From assembly GCA_965197525.1 (NCBI GenBank), contig OZ240211.1, positions 1,088,001-1,152,000 on the forward strand: a stretch of 64,000 nt of DNA, read 5' to 3'. Below are positions 60,120-64,000 of this stretch, in pieces (the first letter of the stretch is position 1; the number at the start of each line of letters is the position of its first letter). Under the pieces are notes generated by a model. That model saw nothing but the letters and a program-made list of their open reading frames with translations, was not told the DNA's origin and made no database searches. The position numbers were made by a program, and so were the translations under genes. This DNA is from Nitrosopumilus sp. (GTDB lineage: Archaea > Thermoproteota > Nitrososphaeria > Nitrososphaerales > Nitrosopumilaceae).

Positions 60120-60950
60120 CTATTGAACATAGATTCGTTTTCGTTTTTGAGCCTCGTTCTTTAAGCATATTGTTGCAAATGCAACTTCGTCAAAGTTGAT
60201 TGTCTTTAAAGAATTTCTTTTCTCAATTTTAGGATATTCGCTGTATTCCCTGCCGTCGATCATCCGGCCACCAGATTTTGGTCTAAAGCCTCCCCACTGT
60301 TTGAAGAAGACAGGCACGTTTTGCTCTTTGCACTGTTCTATAATTTCTAAAACCCATTCTTTCTTAATGGGCCTATGCTTGGATCCGCTCTCGCCTCCAA
60401 CAATCGCCCAATCAATATTTTTCAGATTGACTTTTCCCATAGGTCCAACCAATGGTTCAAAGCTTATGAACCGTGTGCAACATTTTACTTTGCATAGTTC
60501 GTTAATTCTTGGTGTATAATCATTATTCTCGACACTCACACCCATCCATATATAATTGGGAATTTTATGGCCAAAGTAATCTAGAAACAACTTTGAAAAT
60601 TCTGTCATTCGTTTTGGCCGTTTGGTTAAAATTTGGTAATCATGTATATCTGCTTGAATCATTGTTGAAAAACAGTGACCAATAAATTCAAACGAAGATT
60701 GCTCATGGAATAAATCCGACATACTATTTACAAAAATCCTCTTTCGCTTCTTCCAGCTCAATGGAATATCTACATCTGACGGATGTTGAACAAACTCAAA
60801 TCCCTTTTTGTATTTTTTCAATTTCATCGCGTTTAAACGATTCGATAATTTTTCAGCATAGCAATTTTTACATCCGGGAGAGATTTTTGTACAACCAGTT
60901 GACGGATTCCACGTTGCCTCTGTCCATTCAATGTTTGAATTGTTTGCCAT
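60120..60950 (-). CDS. DUF5131 (phage Gp37/Gp68, PF07505-like) three-Cys protein
   Basis: IEWTEATWNP, GCTKISPGCKNCYA (Cx6Cx2C), FVNSMSDLFH, LTKRP, SFEPL, GGESG, FFKQWGG. Confidence 0.9.
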   Translation of the reverse strand: MANNSNIEWTEATWNPSTGCTKISPGCKNCYAEKLSNRLNAMKLKKYKKGFEFVQHPSDVDIPLSWKKRKRIFVNSMSDLFHEQSSFEFIGHCFSTMIQADIHDYQILTKRPKRMTEFSKLFLDYFGHKIPNYIWMGVSVENNDYTPRINELCKVKCCTRFISFEPLVGPMGKVNLKNIDWAIVGGESGSKHRPIKKEWVLEIIEQCKEQNVPVFFKQWGGFRPKSGGRMIDGREYSEYPKIEKRNSLKTINFDEVAFATICLKNEAQKRKRIYVQ

Positions 60951-61285
60951 AGAATTTTTTGCAATTCATTCTATAAAACTATTGGACGAGGCTGGATATC
61001 GGCTGCATGGCAACAAGGAAAACAGCATTTAATATTAGAATAGGAAGCAATTACCCATCATAATTCAAAATTTATCGCAGCCAATGGTACGTACAGTCAA
61101 CGGATATAACAAAATCATGCCGGTCTAGCACACGTTCTAATGAAATGTAATTTACAAGGACATCTAAGAATATCAGATAATAGATTTTCAGCATTTTGTA
61201 CAGGTTCAAAAAATCCTGACAAGGCAGATTATGAAACAGGTTATGGATACTAAAAGATATATCATCTGAAAAAAAGGCCATAAAC

Positions 61286-61450
61286 ATGGCATGTTTTTGC
61301 GGATGTGAAACCTATGAAAAAGACCGAGATGGTTTCAAAGTTGCATGTGTAAAATGTGGGCATGGACCTCAAAATCACGATGAAGAGTTCAGGGAATCTG
61401 CACGAAAGAACGAGTCACAGAGTCAAAAACGCGATGCTGATTTTGGATAA
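61286..61450 (+). CDS. 54-aa Cys/His-rich putative zinc-binding protein (below the ORF-track cutoff)
   Basis: MACFCGCETYEKDRDGFKVACVKCGHGPQNH...; ATG...TAA in frame. Confidence 0.5.
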   Translation: MACFCGCETYEKDRDGFKVACVKCGHGPQNHDEEFRESARKNESQSQKRDADFG

Positions 61451-61895
61451 ACTCACTTTAAAAAAATGTCTAATATATCATCAATTACAGCAAAAATTTG
61501 AGATAATCTTTAATGCAAGATGATGCAAATACACTACTCCATAGATGTTCAAAATATATGCGGAATCATGATGACAAGAGTACAGTAACGACACAACATT
61601 TTGAGATGGCTAAAGTTAGAATACTTGAGAGGGGTTTGAAAACACAACATAAAAACAAATGTTAAACACAATAACGCATATGGTATGATTTAGAGAATAT
61701 GTGTACATATAATAACATATTTAGAAATAGAACATGTTAAAAATGTCAAAGAATATTCTAAATAAAAAATGTCGATATAAAGATGATGATTTAGAATTCA
61801 ATTAATAAAATCTTGAACCATGTAAGAATGTAAATCCGGTATGGATTTTAATATATGTATATAATCTTCATATAATAACAAAAGAATATTCAGTC

Positions 61896-62111
61896 ATGGA
61901 ATATAAAACCCAAGACATCATACATGTTTGTAATAGAACATGTAGAAAAAGAATGGTAACTGGTAAAGATACTGAATATGCAGGTGTAAATCCTGAAGAT
62001 TGGAATTTCGCTCAGATGTTGAGACGATGTAAACAGTATGACCAAAGCAAAGTCGATGTTAAAGAATGGCAATACATAACGGATGCTCAAAGAAGGCAAG
62101 ACGGAGATTAG
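61896..62111 (+). CDS. Small hypothetical protein
   Basis: 71-aa ORF with HVC...C and WNFAQMLRRC; protein-like composition. Confidence 0.45.
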   Translation: MEYKTQDIIHVCNRTCRKRMVTGKDTEYAGVNPEDWNFAQMLRRCKQYDQSKVDVKEWQYITDAQRRQDGD

Positions 62112-62340
62112 GACAAAACCCAAGATATCATAAAGGAAAACAGCGAACAGAACAAGACATCATCAAAAATCACACAGGCAGAACACGGCATCTCAAACAA
62201 AAAACAGGCTCAGAACTCAAGATCTTCATCATCTACTAGTCATAGGGATAGTTACATCACTGCCTGCACCCCTTATACCGTATACCTTATTGAGTCTTTC
62301 AAGAAGCTTGATAAAAGGGAGATCGACTTGATTATTCACA

Positions 62341-62772
62341 ATGGTAGTAATTAACACGCCGGCATCGCTTGAGAGTTTTAGAAGATTTGTCATCTCAAGT
62401 ACGTGCAAGTCGTATGCACCAAGGGCGTATTTAGAAGACTCTGAAGTATTTGCAGAAAGGGAGGAGAAGCTAGGGGCAATCTACGTAGAGGCCGCAGACA
62501 AGGTGACATTAAAAAAATTAAGGGATATCACGTTTGTCAATGGACGCGACGTCCTAGGAATAATATACAACTCAAAGAGTGGAAATACATCTTTGAAGTG
62601 GAGACAAATAAGAAGAAACAACGGCAAGGTTACAGGCGAGGCGTCTGCCAACTCGTTGACAAACCTCTCAGAGTCAGGAGTGCTTACACTTGACTGGGTT
62701 GAGAACTATCTAAAAAAGAAGGCCCAAGAGACGAAAGCAGATGCAGAGACGAAAGAGAATCCTGCAAACTAA
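62341..62772 (+). CDS. Conserved hypothetical protein (AOA-type)
   Basis: Clean ORF co-oriented 35 bp upstream of pelota; sequence recalled as typical of thaumarchaeal hypotheticals. Confidence 0.75.
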   Translation: MVVINTPASLESFRRFVISSTCKSYAPRAYLEDSEVFAEREEKLGAIYVEAADKVTLKKLRDITFVNGRDVLGIIYNSKSGNTSLKWRQIRRNNGKVTGEASANSLTNLSESGVLTLDWVENYLKKKAQETKADAETKENPAN

Positions 62773-62807
62773 ACTCTTTTCATTTTGTATGATACAGTAA
62801 TAATACC

Positions 62808-63869
62808 ATGATAATTAAAACGATAGATGAGAATGCTATCTCTGTAATACCCGAGGATTCAGACGATCTGCTAAAGTTGCGTCGCATAATAAAGCAAGGC
62901 GACAGAGTGATAGGGGATACGACACGTGTACTAAAGAGAGAACAGGACTATAGCAGACCGGACAAGGGTGAGAGAATCAAAGTCAAGGTGTCACTGTCAG
63001 TTGAGAAGATCTCACTTGACGATGTACTAGACAAGCTAAGGGTCGGCGGCACCATAGTCGAATCAAGTAACGAGGCAGTGCCACACGGAACGCACCACTC
63101 TTTTATCATAAAACTAAATGACGGAATCACGATATCAAAGAAGCGATGGGCATCATTTGAGAGAAGGTTGCTAAAGGCAGGAGACAGACAGACAAACTTT
63201 GTGTTGATTGCAATCGATACCGCAGATGCAGGCATTGCAAGACTGCATGGAACACATCTAGAGTTTATGCCCAACATCTACTCTGGGAGCGGTGGAAAGA
63301 GATACAAGACCAGTTTTAACGTGGAGAGGTTCTTTGACAAGGTGCTGCTTGCATGCTCATCCATATGTAAAAAGGAGGATACAGTCATTGTGTTCGGTCC
63401 AGGAGAGACTAAAAAAAGATTTGTAAACTATATGAGAAAAGAGCAGGGACAGAACAGCATCCAAAACAAAACCATCATAGTGGAGGGAATAGACACGGGT
63501 GGAGAGGATGGGATTTACGTATTTACAAAGTCACAGATGATACAGAATATAATATCAGATAGCAAGCTGGCAAAAGCTGCTGCAATTATTGACGAGGTGA
63601 TGATTCTTGCAGCAAAGCAGAGTACAAAGTTTACAATGGGGTACAAAGAGACTGCACAGGCAAACCAGATAGGAGCGGCAGAATCAATAGTGTTCTCAGA
63701 GAAGGTAATCCAGGATAATGACGAACAAGAGATTGTAGACCTGCTAAATGATGCAGAGTCAAAAGGTGTAACAATTTACAGCGTTGACTCGTCAACTGAT
63801 ATCGGGTTGCGTGTAACCGGACTGGGAGGAATTGTGGCCTTGTTACGGTATGCAAACGCTTTGAGTTAG
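62808..63869 (+). CDS. pelA: Pelota/Dom34 ribosome-rescue factor
   Basis: PEDSDDL..L..II..GD.V, HH...I, eRF1-like domains, GLGGIVALLRY. Confidence 0.95.
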   Translation: MIIKTIDENAISVIPEDSDDLLKLRRIIKQGDRVIGDTTRVLKREQDYSRPDKGERIKVKVSLSVEKISLDDVLDKLRVGGTIVESSNEAVPHGTHHSFIIKLNDGITISKKRWASFERRLLKAGDRQTNFVLIAIDTADAGIARLHGTHLEFMPNIYSGSGGKRYKTSFNVERFFDKVLLACSSICKKEDTVIVFGPGETKKRFVNYMRKEQGQNSIQNKTIIVEGIDTGGEDGIYVFTKSQMIQNIISDSKLAKAAAIIDEVMILAAKQSTKFTMGYKETAQANQIGAAESIVFSEKVIQDNDEQEIVDLLNDAESKGVTIYSVDSSTDIGLRVTGLGGIVALLRYANALS

Positions 63870-64000
63870 GATGTAGAGGATAACAGCCAGTCAAGATACG
63901 GTTTGTTAATATCGGTAACTGAGAGTTCTGCAATCTCTGGGGTATCGTACGGATGGGTCTCTCTTATCTTGTCTTTTAGTATGGTCTTGTTCTTTGGTAC
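63866..64000 (-). CDS. cutA: CutA divalent-cation tolerance protein (3' part; runs off the window)
   Basis: IRETHPYDTPEIAEL...NKPYLDWL*. Confidence 0.8.
   Translation of the reverse strand, partial: VPKNKTILKDKIRETHPYDTPEIAELSVTDINKPYLDWLLSSTS

Noticed and set aside
1-64000. tRNA, rRNA, integrase or prophage structural genes
   Set aside because: None recognised by eye; a covariance-model scan would be needed to exclude small RNAs

Overview
Archaeal window, most likely an ammonia-oxidising thaumarchaeote (Nitrosopumilaceae-like). This rests on a tetraether-synthase radical SAM gene, TrmB and DtxR regulators, pelota-cutA and conserved AOA-type hypothetical proteins. The heavy IS load, restriction-modification genes and TPR arrays would fit a host-associated lineage such as a sponge symbiont, but that is inference. 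Layout: (1) 1-15 kb, decaying defence/mobile island with a type II R-M pair, an intact IS5-family element, a SWIM-SNF2 pair, dead ISH3 and IS630 elements, and remnants of DUF2075 and HNH genes. (2) 15-21.6 kb, canonical nurA-herA-mre11-rad50 operon. (3) 21.7-42.7 kb, surface-glycosylation island with GT2/GT4 enzymes, sugar epimerases, methyltransferases, a sulfatase-like protein, a MITE insertion and a 4.5-kb block flanked by 52-bp direct repeats. (4) 43-47.5 kb, a second tightly coupled nurA-herA pair followed by a C5 cytosine methyltransferase and bracketed by 104-bp inverted IS ends. This is the best candidate for an undescribed defence system. (5) 47.8-64 kb, small accessory genes, tes, regulators, two TPR proteins with recent internal duplications, SWIM, DUF5131, pelota and a partial cutA. 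No rRNA, tRNA or CRISPR array was seen. All family assignments come from motif recognition by eye, not from database searches.
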